Shown here: positions 36,193 through 49,967 of the stretch, piece by piece
Layout: every line of letters begins with the position of its first letter
Position numbering within the stretch: the stretch's first letter is position 1
NCBI GenBank assembly: GCA_047967505.1
Contig: CM106538.1
Source: Dipteris shenzhenensis
Lineage: Eukaryota
Reading direction: 5' to 3' (one strand)
DNA: 64,000 nucleotides
Notes under the pieces: model-generated
Databases searched by the model: none
What the model was told of the DNA's origin: nothing
The model's input: the letters and a program-made list of their open reading frames with translations, nothing else
Position numbers and translations under genes: made by a program

Positions 36193-39100
36193 AACTAAAT
36201 GGATAGTGAAGCCAAATGAAAAACATCTAAGGATTACTCAATGTTGGGTTAAAATTAACTCGAAGCATTTTCCAATGGTTTGGACATGTAACTCAAAGAG
36301 TTGAGCTCATGCAAGCAAATTTGCCAACATGTTATAGGTCTATGGTGGACATGAGGTGGGCATAATGTTTTTTGGTAGAAGATTGTTAATTTTAGATGAA
36401 CTAAGCCTTCCCATGGAAATTTTCCATTCTTCCTTGAAACATAGATGCTATAGTTTTACCTTTAGGTAATTGTATTGTATGCACACTTGGTATGGGATGT
36501 GGTTAGATTGAGGGATGTAGACTCATGATGTGGAGTACCTATATGACTATGGAAGGCCTACCATGTTTGCATGAGATGGGAAGTGTATCATGCTAGGCAC
36601 TCGTTATGAAACTGGCCTATGGAATGCCCGTCCTGTTCATATGAGATGTGATGAATGAAATTGAGAGGTGGTTGATGCAGGCCAATGACTGATGGCAATC
36701 AAGCCATTGTTGTGGGCTAGAAGCTGTGACCTAGGTTGTAGTGATGGTGGGCCATAGAAGCTCCACCAGCTCACATGGGCATGCCGCACAATGGAAAGGG
36801 AATACGTGTGAGTGAGAAAGAGAGGACTCAAGAGAATGGCTAATCCCCATTGCCAAAAGTGAACACAAAAGTACAATCAAAAGGTCTCGCTATCCAAAAT
36901 AACAGCGAGGATGGAAAAAGCAAAGGTTTGCAACAAGAGAAAGATGGCAGGGGGGCAAGCAAAAGTTTTTACACAAGGCTGGATGACTCCTTGAGTCTTG
37001 GGAGTCACGGACATTGGGTCCAAATAGTGCATCATATACGAATCACAATCTTTGGTTGGTGATCGCTCATTCAAGTACGCCTGCAGCAGCTCTGATGAGA
37101 GACTCGTCATCCATTAAAGCATCCATTGGATCTGGACGTCCCTAATTGTGGGAGTCTTTTGTTTGCCGACTTCTAATTCAAGCTAAGATCTGAGATTTAA
37201 TTGGCTTTTGCGGCACGATGGGGCGCAAGTTTACTTATTACAGGCTTGCACAGCAGCTGGGGTGGAGAGAGATGTATCTATAGATGTGTCGGGAACACCC
37301 CCAGTCCCGGATGGCAGGCGATTTTCGTGCGATGTTCTTAGAGCAGAGATGGAGGTGGACCATTTGATTGATGATGAGCGAGGCATTTTTCCAATTGCAA
37401 GCTGCATCAAAGCGCATTTGGTCCAAATTCAGAAGTGTCCCGACCCGTGTGGGGGAGACTAGAGTTGTTTTGATGAATTTGTTGTATTTGTGGATGCAAA
37501 GTTTGTGTGATGCCTGAATGACGATCGATGCGCACAGCGATCGAGAGGACGACTTGTGGGGGGAAGAAAGCAAATTGATTGTTTGAGAGATGCGAAGTGT
37601 GAGGACAGTGGAGTTTAAATGACTGATGACTGGGGAGATCCATCGATGCACCCGCCTGAATTTAGCACTTCTCAGTTCTCACCCGGCGGGCCGGCCGGCC
37701 GGCCGGTCGCGGATGTTGTCGCTTGGGTGGATTACGGTAATTTACAACTCCAAACTTTACGTTTCAATTCCAATTTGCAACTCCAGGAATTGCAATTTGC
37801 AAAACTGATGGAGAGTTTGTTGATTTCAGGAATTGCAATTTGCAAAACTGATGGAGGTTTTGTTGATTGATTGAATCCTGTAGGGATTGATCTCTCTGGG
37901 GATGGAAAGCATTTGATTTTGGCTGAATTTACGCTCGCAGATGCTTCCGGTTATCCTCGCGTTTATCCGCTCTCGCCGCTCCCATAGTCGAGACTCGAGA
38001 GCAGCATATGCGTGCCTAGGCCCCAGACGTTTGACACAGTCGCTGGTTGCAGCATTATCTACCATGGATTTCTCTGGGCTGACGCCTGACAGCTGTGGAG
38101 TTCTTTGAATCTTTATACAAATCCTCTAGCAGGCTCTCCCCTCCTCACGGATAATAATCAATCATGCAACTGCAGAGGAAAGCGCCCGGCTCCAGCGTGC
38201 AGGACCCAGGTATTGTGCACATCTTGACCCGTCGATTGTTGCGTTGCCCAACTCGTACAAGTTTTCCGAGAGAGACAAAGAGCGAGCCTATAGTGGAGTT
38301 TCCAAATTCCGAAATTCCGAGTTCTATCTTTCAATGGAATCCCGATTCCTATGAGCTGCTATCTAAAACTCATCTTAAGATTTGCGCGTGTTGACACTGT
38401 GGTACTTATTGGGCAATGGGAAGTGGGACGTATTGTTCTTCCTCTTTTGGCCTCTAAAACGCGTAGCGGAGAAGACAAGCAGTCATCTCCCTAATAAACT
38501 TGGATCTTATTATCAAGCTATTATCACCCATTTCAAGGCACTGAGCAGGCAGGTTTTACTGTAGGTGATTTCTGGTTGGGAACTTAGCTCTCACCAAATC
38601 GATGAACAGCTCTCTGTAGATTCGTCCTTTGGAACAGAAGTTCTTAACTTGTTATCTTTGTTGGGTCCCCCGAAGCTTCGAGGGAGGACATCTATGATCT
38701 GACTATCGCCTGAGGGAAGGAGAAACACTAGACTCAAATGATTCCTGCGTACTTGTGTGGCCCTGTTTTGTTCCCCTTTGTGGCCCTGCAATGCAGACTG
38801 CACTGCAGCCGCTGCTCCAGACTCCTCAGTCCTGAATCCTGATGCTGCTCACCTGCAAGCTCTGCAAAAGGTCCCCTTCCCCACAGTGCTGCTGCTACAC
38901 CCCCCTCTCAAGCTCTGCCCTCATCGCCAAAGAGTCACTGCTCTTCACCTGACGAGAATCTCCCCAGTCCCATGGCTCAAATCGGTTTTTCAAGTTTCAA
39001 CTTGCAAGTTGCACAGAACGCTACCCCACCCCCTTCGCACAGTGCTCACACCTCCTTCGGAATACACGCTCATCATCATCTTATGTCACAATTTCTGAGC

Positions 39101-41040
39101 TTTCCAATTTCCCATGTCGCAAACTCCTTCTCAGTGGGCTCTGGCTGGGTGCTTCGGACTTCCTGATGTGTATATCATATCATATCATATCACCATTTCC
39201 GGTCCTTCTGATGGTTGCCTCTACATTTGATAAATATATTACGACGATTCGCAAGGGGCTCCCGCCCTCCGCGCAAATGCGAGCGACAAGTTGCATCATT
39301 GATGCCGCTGAAAATGACGAATCCAAAGGCAACCCCATTGCTGCACACCGAAGACCAACATGCATATAACCGAAAACTTTTTTCCGCGATCAGTTCTAAA
39401 GGATGAAGAAGAACCTTACATGCAAGAATCCAAAAAAGCTCACATGTCCCCCAATCAGTTTCAAAATGGAACAAGGATAGAAAAGGATTTGGGAAATGGG
39501 GAGGAATCCTCAAGGGATGGAAGGTGGAGTAAAGCCAAAGCAAGACAGGACGATTGATGTACGCAGGGGCATCTAAAGGCTAGCACTTTACAAGCATTGA
39601 TTCTGGGTGGGGGGCACTGGTGGAGGTGGTGGTAAAGCTAAAGGGCGGAGGACAGGGAGGAACTTATGAAAAGGTAAGTGCAACTGATATTGCAAAAATG
39701 GGGTACGATTTCTTCAACTCTACTCCAGAGTCGAGATTCCACATGCATCTCTAATCTTGCACCCGAGGACAAAGGTTCGTAGCCGTTTGTGTGTGCATCT
39801 CTCTATGTGTAAGTACTTATCCAGGGGCCAGGACAATCTACTGCTTATAGTTTACATTGTAAATTGTAGTTGGATTGTTTGTAGCACAGTATAATAGAAA
39901 CACCGCCGTGTAATCTACTAACATCAGTTGCTTATAGGCGTTATACAGCCTTGTGATCTACGATGAGCAGTTTTGAATTGTTTTGTTGCATTATATTAGA
40001 TTGAAGATGGCAGGACTCCAAGGAAAGCATCGCCAAAACGGGCCTTAACATCTTTGATGATGACACCGACTCGCAATCTAGACGAATCCCGTCCCGCATG
40101 TACCAGGGGATGTGAAATGAGCGCTCTCTCTCTCTCTCTCTAATGAGTCTTGGCTTTTACAGGACGTGGAAGCAAAAGATTTGCATACGCCCTGTATAAT
40201 AATGCTGAAGGAGAGGTTTGGATGTTATAGAGCAACCCAATAACGACTACGTGGAGAATCGAGATGGGGCTTTGTAACTGACTGCATGATTAGGCCCGGA
40301 TTTTGGCAGGTGTAGAAAACTTACAGTTGACTTACTCTGTCTTACCGATTCTTACGTCCAGATAGAAAAATGCTGCTTCTGCTGCTGCTCCTCTGCAACC
40401 TTCAACTATCTCATCAAGATCAACTCTTTCATCAAATCAATCATTCCAGCATATATAATTATATAACCAAAATTCTCTACAGTGCAGCATCTTCTTATTC
40501 TGAGGGGCTGTTGTTTAGGGACCTTATCCTTATATATATGTGCATATATATATTGCATGCTTCTGGTGAAACGCACTTCCTCTTCCGAGCAAGAATATAT
40601 AAATCTATAATCTCTGAATTCCCTCTGGTAGTATTTTGTAGTGTTGTGTGAGCTGCTGTTTCTTCTTCTTCTTCTTCTGCAAGCCACCCTCCTCTCCATA
40701 TCATCTTCACCTTGGCCATTATTTTTGGCAATCGCAGCAGGAAGGAGCACCCTCACTTACGCTGGCTTCTTCTGCAAGTCGCCTTCTTTTAAGCTCTGTC
40801 GGATTCTTCTGCGAGATCTCTTCTCTTCCGAGTCCTCTCCAGCATCCTCCCTGCCATTCCTCTGCCATCCCAGCAGCGAAACATCGTTTAGTATTCATCT
40901 GTCGACTTAGGCTGCAAGCAAGCCACACCCTCTCCTTCCTTCTTCCTGATCCCCCCCCCCCGCCCGTGTCTCCCCTCTGCTCAGGCAAGTACTTCTGCAG
41001 CGTGTCTTGCAACTTCTCACTTCTGCAATCCCATAGAAGC

Positions 41041-41154
41041 ATGTTGCAGTGTTTTGGCAGCTCGGTCGTCAAGTTTTGCATTCGCTATAGAGTCCTCAGT
41101 CGTAATAGCCTGAGACTTCACCTGCAATACACCCTCCTCCCTGCGCACTCCTAG
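41041..41154 (+). promoter_or_regulatory. Upstream ORF (37 aa) in the leader of the DUF506 gene; candidate conserved-peptide uORF
   Basis: MLQCFGSSVVKFCIRYRVLSRNSLRLHLQYTLLPAHS*. It holds the only ATG between the TATA-like sequence (~40597) and the main ATG, and stops 92 nt upstream of that ATG. Confidence 0.65.
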
Positions 41155-41246
41155 GCTTCGTGACATCGTAACCTCTGCGGCAAATCCACTCGCTCACGGC
41201 ACTCCTCCTCTCATACATTCTTGCAAGCATCGACGACCCATATACA

Positions 41247-42960
41247 ATGCCCGTGCTCTTTGCCTTGCGACCTATCTCGAAAGCGACAGCCTCTTCCTCC
41301 TCCTCCCCAACGGTTGCGGCTCCCTCTCAGAAATCAGAGAAGCCGTGGGATGATCGGTACACACAGAAGCCGTCTTTTGCAGCACGCATGCCTCTCGGTT
41401 TATCGGGCTTGAAAGGAAGCCAACAGACCCAGTCTCCAGCGCGTCCGATCAGGCCTAAACAAACCACGGATCCTTCCACCCAAACAGCGCGAGCCAAGCT
41501 TTACATCAGCGAAAACCTGGACGGTGAGACAGCAGCTCCCAATTATGGCAGTAGTGGCAGCGCCCACGAGCCTAGCACGGTGTGTCTAGCGGCCATGGTG
41601 CACGAATTCATGGAGGATGCTCACGTCGGATCGTGCGGCCGCCTACGCTGCAATTGCCTGAATGGAACCCGTAATGGTGAGCCTTGTCTGCCGCTCGATC
41701 CGAATGGCGAGCCTGATGATGGTCAGCTATGCGAGATTTTGGAGGTACTTAAACGAACTTCCTCTAGGATGCTAAAGATATTCAGAATTGCGTCGAGTTT
41801 GTTTGATCTTATGTTCCTGCTACTTAACTTTTGATCAACCGAAAACAGGAAATCGTGTCTTGTACGGATGAGGTAGAATCCAGGCTGCTCGCTGATATCC
41901 TGAAGGTGCTCGACGCATGGCAAACGCGAGGTGGTCCTCTGTGCAACAGTGCGAATTGCAGCAACGAATGCTTGCTGCGCTTGGTAATGAAGAATTTGCG
42001 GCTAGCGGGGTACAATGCTGCGGTTTGTAAATCCAGATGGGAGCATTCAGGAGGATTCCCAGCAGGTGAATACGTTAGCGGATCAGTCGCTCTCGTTTGT
42101 GCGTCGCAGGATGGTCTTTGTTGAGCGATGCTCACTGAAAGTTGCGGACGAGTCGATCTTGTTTGTCATGCGTTGAATGATGGTCTCTGTGGCGATGCTT
42201 ACTGAAAGTTGGGTTGCACGCAGGTGACTATGAATACATCGACGTGATCATGGAGGGGAGCGGTCGACTGATCGTGGACACGAATTTCAGAGCTCAATTC
42301 GAAATAGCTCGAGCTTCGAGAGAGTACGATGCGCTTCTGCAGATAGTTCCCAGCATTTTGGTGAGCAGAGCGGAGCGGCTGCATGAGCTGCTCAAGATCA
42401 TGTCCGAGGCAGCCAAGCGTTCTTTGGAGGCGAAAGGCATGCATCTACCGCCGTGGAGGAAGCATTGGTACCTGCAGGCCAAATGGTTCTCCTCCTACAA
42501 GAGAACCACGAAAGAGTCGCCATATTCGCACTACTGTAGAAGCAGCGAGGAGACTGTGAGCAGAGAATTGGCAGCCATAGCGTTGAAGGGTTCACAATTT
42601 TGCAACAAGTTCAAAGAGGAGGTGGAGGGGTTCTATGAAGGGAAGGCAGCAGGAACTGGCGGAAAAGATGGGAGCAGATTGATGAGCAGACTGAGAGGTG
42701 CAGGAGGCAAGCTGACAGGGGAAGAAGGCAATCAGGGTGAAAGGGCAAAGCAGGATGAAATTGCAGTGGTGATGAGCACGGACTGGCAGCCACCGGCAGT
42801 GAAACCCAGGAAGGCCAACAGGGTTTCGGGGCTAGCTGATGCACTTAAGAAGGGTGGGGGGCTGTCCACAAGGAAATCGAACGGAATTTATGTTAAGCAG
42901 TCATCCGATCAGAAGCAGCAACAAGCTCCGAGGGTGCAATGGCCAGCTATGGCGTATTGA
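41247..42960 (+). CDS. DUF506 / PD-(D/E)XK-like plant protein, 483 aa; exons 41247-41744, 41849-42065, 42224-42960
   Basis: CLAAMVHEFME, GYNAAVCKSRW...GFPAG|DYEYIDV, RLIVDTNFRAQFEIAR, AAKRSL...GMHLPPWRK..YLQAKW. GT-AG introns in phase 0 and phase 1; spliced length 1452 nt is open. Confidence 0.95.
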
Positions 42961-45559
42961 TAATATACTCCATGGCACAACAGATGAGCACCATGAGAGT
43001 TTGAGCTCTAGTTTTTGGATGACACTCTTAACTGAGGAGTGTAAGCTAGGCAATACTGTTACCCTTCACAACTGATGAGCTTTGATGCCAATTAGCAACG
43101 TCTAGCCTAGTTTGATCCAAGCCTATATCTCAGCTGCTTTACTTGCAAAGCATGCAAGGTAGATTCATGCTTCATGCTCAGGAGTAGATCAACCGTTTAA
43201 GCCTCCCTGAAAAATCTTGCCCAGCTTCCCCTCAACAACTGGGCTGATTAGTGTAAACTCCTGCTTATTCTTCTTTTTCCCAACCTTTAGCACCATCTCC
43301 GGAAAAAAAAATCCCCCAGAAATAGCAACACCTCCGCATTAGTGCCCGTATCCCAACAAAATGCATATGCATCAACGCAACTCTATTAAATCTGGCTCAG
43401 CAAAAGCAGACAGCCTGAAGCCATATCTCGAAGTATGTGTGAAAATCGGTGGAGCACAGCAACAAGCAGCTGCCATACACCCATGAAAGATTTCTGGACT
43501 CATGAGTCCCGTCCCAGTAAGCCCCATGTGCAGCTACATGAACCTAATAAATACATGACATGAATTTGTCAAACATACGATGAAGCTGTTTCGTGCTTTC
43601 CCTTTTACTTAAATAACTCTGGCCATGTCTCCATGTTGGAAACGACTTAAAATAATCAAACATGCAACGCAGCTGTTTCGTGCTTGCCTTGCATTTTAAT
43701 CTCTGGCTATGGGAAATGACTCGGAAGTAATCAAATATACACTGGAGCTATGTCGTGCGTGCCCTACTCTTTTCTCTCTGGTCCTCTCGGTGAAACTTGG
43801 AATCGAGAATTGGCTCTCCGTCTTGCCCATCTGTACTTCGCTGAGCCATCGTGAAGAATGTATGTGCTAACAGGATTCCTTCGCCCAGCTCAACAGCAAC
43901 GTTCCAAACGTGATGTAGATACAGATGGCAATGACTTGGAGCACGAAGTTGAAAGAGAGAATCAACTATAATCCTGATTGAGTATAGTGAAATCGTAACA
44001 AAAAGAAACTTCACCAATTACATGTGAACGCAAAGTACGGTCACTTGGCTTCACTTGTGAGCATTTCACCGAGTTATACCCCTTTTCCACAGAATCTTAT
44101 GTTACCAGATTTGCTTAAAGATTGACCTCCACATTGCCGCCGGCCTTTAGAAGAGTCTCCAAAGATTGGCATCTCATGAGGCAACCTCGCATGACTTGAA
44201 TCATACAATAAGATGCAATATTTGAGCAATATTTTTAGTTTGTTTGAAGACCACCTCTCCAGGCAACCGCAAAGTCTCGGAATGAGCTTCTTGTCCTCGT
44301 CCCTTACTTCATAGCCTTACGTCTCTGACAGAGCACACTCTGAGAACTAGTTTTCCCCTTGCCTTCTTCGTAATGGCTTATCATAAAGGTGATGTTTAAA
44401 ATTAGCTATAATTGTGACTCAACATTTGGCTTCCAAAAGTGACCCTATGAGTTTTAACGACACAATTCTTGTTTCGCTTGTGTTCCCTTAGCTCTTGAAT
44501 TGAGCATGAGAAGTCATTTAAGTTATTTTCATCAGCTTGGTGCAAGTTAGGGACTCGTCTACATGGGGTTGTCCTTCTCAAAACCTTGGCTTTTTTATTG
44601 GTTTTCTTCTTTGGTCCTATTGTGTTTGTAACTGTTGCTTCTTTCAAATTGATGACATTTTGCCAATAGTCTTGTTGTCTACAATACTCTTTTAGGGTTC
44701 TCTTCTCCTTGTTTTGCTTGGATGTTTGTGTAAAGTCTCCTTCATGTCTATAGAATGCATGTTTTATGGAGAATGAAGGGTGGACAATTAATTATTGGCC
44801 AATGAATTACTAGACTTGGTGGTGGAAAGGTTTAGATAGTAGCAACAATGGATGACTAGCAGGTTGGCAACTAGAATTGATGTCGAAGTTTTGAGGGTGT
44901 GAAGGTAAGCACAATGGGAGGGTAAGTAAGGTGGGATGAGAAGACAAGGGAGAGAAATCTGTGATGGTAAGAACATGCATGTGAGGTAATGGAGGTATAA
45001 AGTGAGGGATGATGATGAAAGTTGAACAAGGAGCATTGGCTTGAGAAGGGGAGAGGAGGATAAGTTGACTTCTCCTCTACAATTGGCATTGTCCCCCTGA
45101 TCCACTTGTTGAAGTAGGGTATTGAGGCAGCGAAGTTGAAAGGGCTGTTTTTTCCGTCTAGGAAACAACTAGGTGCCCAACTATTGGCCGATGACTTTGT
45201 TTTCCCAACTATTGGCCAATGACTTTGTTATGTTCTTGCAGGAGGGTCAAGAATGATTTGTTTAACATCTTAAAGAAAATGTAAAGTGTCTTGGGTTCCA
45301 AATGTAGCTGGCCGAAAACTTCCGTCTGTAGGATAAATTCGAGCACTCTCTAGGATTGGCTCAATGAATGTCCAGTGCAGGTGGTCCAACAAGGCTAAGT
45401 AATTCAGTATTTGGGAGCTCCACTAGGCCTTGAAATTACGGGCACTGCCAAGTGGTGTATTGCAGTTTGACTCAGATAGACATCCTGGTTTCGAGAACTG
45501 AATCACAACGGGCCTTGAGGGTTTCGTTTGGTGGAAAGCAAGGTTATAAGAGATCTCGA

Positions 45560-46180
45560 AGGCTTGTGCCATAGGGAAAGCTAGTTTCTTACTCTGAATG
45601 TGAACCATCGGCTACCAGTGTGGGGCAAGCTTGCCAAGCAAATGCTAGTGAGTCTTGTCTACCCGCTTTAGTGGAAGTTGACTAAGTTTGTCTTCCACCT
45701 CGTGTGGAATTGTGTGGTGTCGCAGGAAGGCTCACAGAAGGTTGAAGCCATTGTATAAAACTTGGGATTGGTATTTTTAGGGGTGTAGTAGAGAACTCCT
45801 TTGTTGGGAGATGCTTCGAAAATCCCCGCCACACCAATAGCTTCCTGGCCTTTGTTGCATGGTATGGTGCTCCTTGTTGTGTGGGATTTTCGAAACAAGA
45901 TGGTTTTTAAGCATCAAGTGTCAATAGGCCAGTGGGAATCTACCATCTTAGATTTGGTTAAGGGAAACTTTCGAGAGTTGAGTTGGTTATCTGCTCCAGG
46001 TCCTTGATTAGTCATGTGCTCCTAGAGGTTGCGATGTTCTTACCCCTAGGTAAGTTAATTGGTTATTCTACATGCAACGCTAGTCAAGGGCAAGGTGCCT
46101 AGCGCGTTCGACAATTTTTGTAATCATGGTCTTTTTTTTCTTGGGCCTAACTGCCACCTAATACAATTAGCAAGAGAAAC
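45560..46180 (+). mobile_element. L1-type LINE 3' remnant (zf-RVT and C-terminus)
   Basis: HLVWNC at 45696 and WPLLHGMVLLVVWDFRNKMVF near 45850-45910, matching the H..W.C and W..RN..VF motifs of plant L1 ORF2. Confidence 0.65.
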
Positions 46181-46899
46181 CCCCCCCCCCCCCCCCAAAC
46201 AGGGACCCTCCCCGTTTACAAGGGATCCCAATGGCACGAGGGAGCCCTTGGATCCTTGCTAGATCAACGTACATTCTTCAAATCCCACAACGAGCCATGC
46301 AACCAATTAGAGGGCTGCCTAATGGCACCAAGCATCCAGTCAGCATGACAACGAGGTGAGCCAACCCTAAACCCATGGACAGAGGCATTAATGCATGGCT
46401 AATGGTGCATCGCCATCGCAGCGGCTATGATGGCCTACTTCAATGGTAGGACTAACGTGGCCACGCCTCAGACACGTGGAGCCAATAAAGCCAATGGACT
46501 AGGGAGAAGCCAGTTCCAACAACATGTGTGGCAGACGAACAAGTGGTCTCGAGAGCAGGGCTCAACCCCCCATGCCTCATACACAACATGTGGCCAACAA
46601 TCTGGGCAACAACCCTTGACCAGCCCGCATGGCAACGACCAGATGCACATCCAATGGAGGAGCCAAGGTGATCGAACAACAGGACACAATCACCGACAGA
46701 AATCTATAAGTCTATCGACAATGTGTTCGTGGAGGTTGTTTGGTTCATTATCACTGAGAGGTTAAGGTTGGGAACAGACAAAGTCTCGAGTGCTAAAGGG
46801 CATGAGAGGAGTCCTTAGTTCACATTAGTAGGAGTCCTGGGCAAATCTGGCACGATGTGAGGGAGCACGCAGAGGTGACTCTACCTGGGTGGAGAGAGA

Positions 46900-47640
46900 G
46901 TGAGCCGTATGCATTGCATAGCGCCTTGAGTGCTTGTAACCGGTTCACTACTTGTGGACACTGAAATCTGATGCATGTCCTCTCAAGTAGGCGTTGTTTT
47001 GTCTTGGACATTTGGATGTTCTACCGTGCTTTGTAAAGGGAACGAGTCGGAGTTGTGTCAGAATCCTAAAGGATTGCTTGACTGTGGTTCTTCATGTCAC
47101 ACACTTGCATGTGCTAATGAAACAATGAAGTAGCTAGTGTTCAGAGGGAAGGGCGTGTGGGTAGAACAGCCAAGGAGATGTCTGTTAGTTGTGATTCAGT
47201 ATTGGGAGGAAGGAGCATGCTTATTTGTTGATTCTTGTGTGTAAGTCTTCTATATACCTAGCTGGATTGAAGGGAGGGTCAATCAGCATGGCATGGGCTT
47301 CGTGGTTAGCTCGACTGGTTTCCAAAATAGGGCATAAGAGTTCGAATCCTAGCCCCGACCCTGTGCATATTTCGAGGAATATCTACTACTGACATGGAGA
47401 ATATCCATTGAGGATATTCCTTTTCAAAAAGGTTCTTTGTGTCGAGTGGTGGAAACACCTCCATAACACGATATGGGTCCATAGACCGGAAAAGGTTTGT
47501 GTCTATGGACAACAATAAGGTGGATGGTTGGGGGAGACTGCGTCGTGAGTTCGTGTTTGGATGTGTGCTCTGTGCGGGTATCTAGGGAATATTCAGAGAA
47601 GATTTTGATGCGTGGATAGGCACACCGTGTAACCAAACTT
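46900..47640 (-). pseudogene. Possible LINE ORF1 remnant (DUF4283/zinc-knuckle-like)
   Basis: YPQW....VDIP.....IRTLMPYFG, followed after frameshifts by a CxxCxxxxH-like segment near 47100. Weak and degraded. Confidence 0.3.
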
Positions 47641-49967
47641 TTACCACCTAGGGTTAGTTCTTTAATCGAGTGGTGGGAATCGGTGGTTGTGATTTACTTA
47701 AGGGTCTGAGAGGCCACGCCCTAGCCACGCACCACTGACGGCCGAGATTCGAGTGCGGTTCATCTAGCTGTCGAGGTTTGAACCTCCTGGATCGAGGGCC
47801 CAGATCGAAGCGAGGCCTATTTGACAATCGAGTTTGAATCGAAAGATTTATGCCGTGGTTTTAAACGGATACATCTAATGATTTAGAAAAGCCCGGGTCC
47901 CTTAGTCGATTTTTGGAGTTGTTTGAAGGCGAGGTCGTCTTGCCGAGGTCTTGCCCTTTTGCCCAGAGTTTGTTCAGGTGGCTGCAGGTTCAAAGTGATG
48001 TGTGGAAAGGAGAGTTTGACAGATTCATGAGGAGACATCACACAGAGTGGTAGGAGCCAAAAAAAAAGAAAGGGGTCATTGTTTTCTTGGGTGTAGCCAC
48101 TTTTGGTGAGGTTCAGGGACTTTTCTGTATATGGGTATCTTGCATGACCCATAACTTATGCATTGCTCAACGGAATTCGACAAACTTTGTCTTCAAGGTG
48201 TAGTACACATTCCAAACTTGAACAAGAGAGCAAAAAATTATGGAATAAGGATTTGGAACGAGACTGTCAAAGCATCCTGAAGACTATAGGATATAGTAAT
48301 TTATTCAAAAACATCAAAATTTTGTTCAATGCAACCAAGTAATCATTCTAAAGTACACTACGTGAGCTTCTCCTCAACCCAAGGACATACCTAACTGAGA
48401 TCATTATGCATGGGTTAATGGGCCTCCAATGTTCTGCTAAAGCGATGCATACCCATTTGAGGGCATGCTCCATAACTTTTTTTTGAATGATTGAAAACTA
48501 AAATGGATTGAAAATTTGGAATCCAAACTATTGGGACTAGTGCATGGTGGTCTTAAAACATTGATAGTTGTTGGTATTGGTATCTAGATTCATCCTAAAA
48601 TGGAAGAAGTTGGAAAAGTGTAATTTGTGCATGTGCAAAGATATTTTAATAAATCCAACACTATTCACAATTTTGAATTGTTTCTTTTTCCATGCACTTG
48701 CTTGCTGTATGGCTCATAAGCATGCCAAAGGTCATTGCATTTAATAATACATAGCATCAAATCCAATAGCATGCCCTTTGGCCTATTTGTGTTTTGAAGC
48801 ATTTTAGGCCACATTGTACTTGTTTGGGATATGCAAGTCTGCTAACGCGTATCGCCAGAAGGGGGGAAAACGACACCTGAAATTTTGCTACTCCCATAAA
48901 TTTTGAATTTTCACACCTCCCGCCCATCAAATCTTGGAAGATTAAGTACCTTCAACCTGCCCCCACCTTGTAATCCACATGCACCTTGACGTGACCTTCC
49001 ACAGACTTTGGTTTGCCATTGCCTTCTTTCGAGTAAGTTGTCTTCTATTCTTTGCTTGCCTCACCAACTAGCTTCTTTGGGTCTATTCTGGACTGATCGT
49101 GGCCATGGAGTCAATGGCAACATGCTGCTCACCATGGCTTGCTAGAGAAGTAGACATAGGCTGCGAGACAGGAAAGATGAAAAGCTTGGTCAAGGCGGCA
49201 TAAGGAACAGATTGTTGGTCGAGGAAAGCAATGGCACGGTATCGAAATGGAAACGAAAAACAATTTTGCAACATTTGAAAAGGGAGAAACAACGACAAGA
49301 AAGAAGACTCCTTTAAGAGCAGCAGCATGAAGCGGTCGCAGATGCATACATTTGATCATTGCCATTGGAGCGAAGAACACGAGCTATGGTGTCATGATTG
49401 GTGGGAGCATTCAAGGCAGCAACATCAAGCCATTCACATGATTACCAGTCTTGAGTCTTCACAAGCTTTAGCCTGTACCCTAAAGTTCGTAGAGTAACAA
49501 CCCCACCAACATCTCGGGAGATGCATGCCCAAGAGGCGATGCTCTCTAACTTGAGAAATGGCCTACACAAAGTGAAATGGGTGCACAGCTTAGATCAACT
49601 ACCTACAAAGAGGGTGACATTAGCTATGGTTGTGTCCCCTGAAACAAAGGAGAAACAGATTGGGTGCACAATGTCGAAGATGTTGTCAATCAAAAGGACC
49701 AACCTAGCTCTAGTGGCTGAACAGAGGCTGAACAGAGAGCAGAAGCAATGCACAATCATCCCGATCTGACAAGTCTGTGGGCTTCAATAGAACGCAAGAA
49801 AAGGAGAGACAGCCTAAGTGTGGTAGTCATTGCTACAGTGATGATGTTTTGGCTCAAAAATACAAGAGTTTCTCCAATTAAAAAGGACATCTGTAAGAAG
49901 CGAGCGGGACGCAAGGTGTTTGAGGAGCACATTATACACATGCTAGATATAACACAGGTCAGTGGTG

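Noticed and set aside
38757-39680. Ser/Pro-rich short ORFs and an AAG|GTAAGT donor suggesting a gene
   Set aside because: No recognisable domain, and no consistent spliced reading frame could be built.
43748-44400. Exon-like minus-strand segments with plausible splice sites
   Set aside because: No homology recognised and the upstream piece contains stops; cannot be supported without transcripts.
47263-47276. TGGATTGAAGGGAG, a 14-nt match to miR159/319
   Set aside because: The match does not extend to the mature 3' end, no complementary arm was seen, and it lies in TE-like sequence.
47295-47365. TAGCTCGACTGG and GTTCGAATCC resembling tRNA A and B boxes
   Set aside because: Spacing is too short, the T-stem does not pair and no cloverleaf forms.
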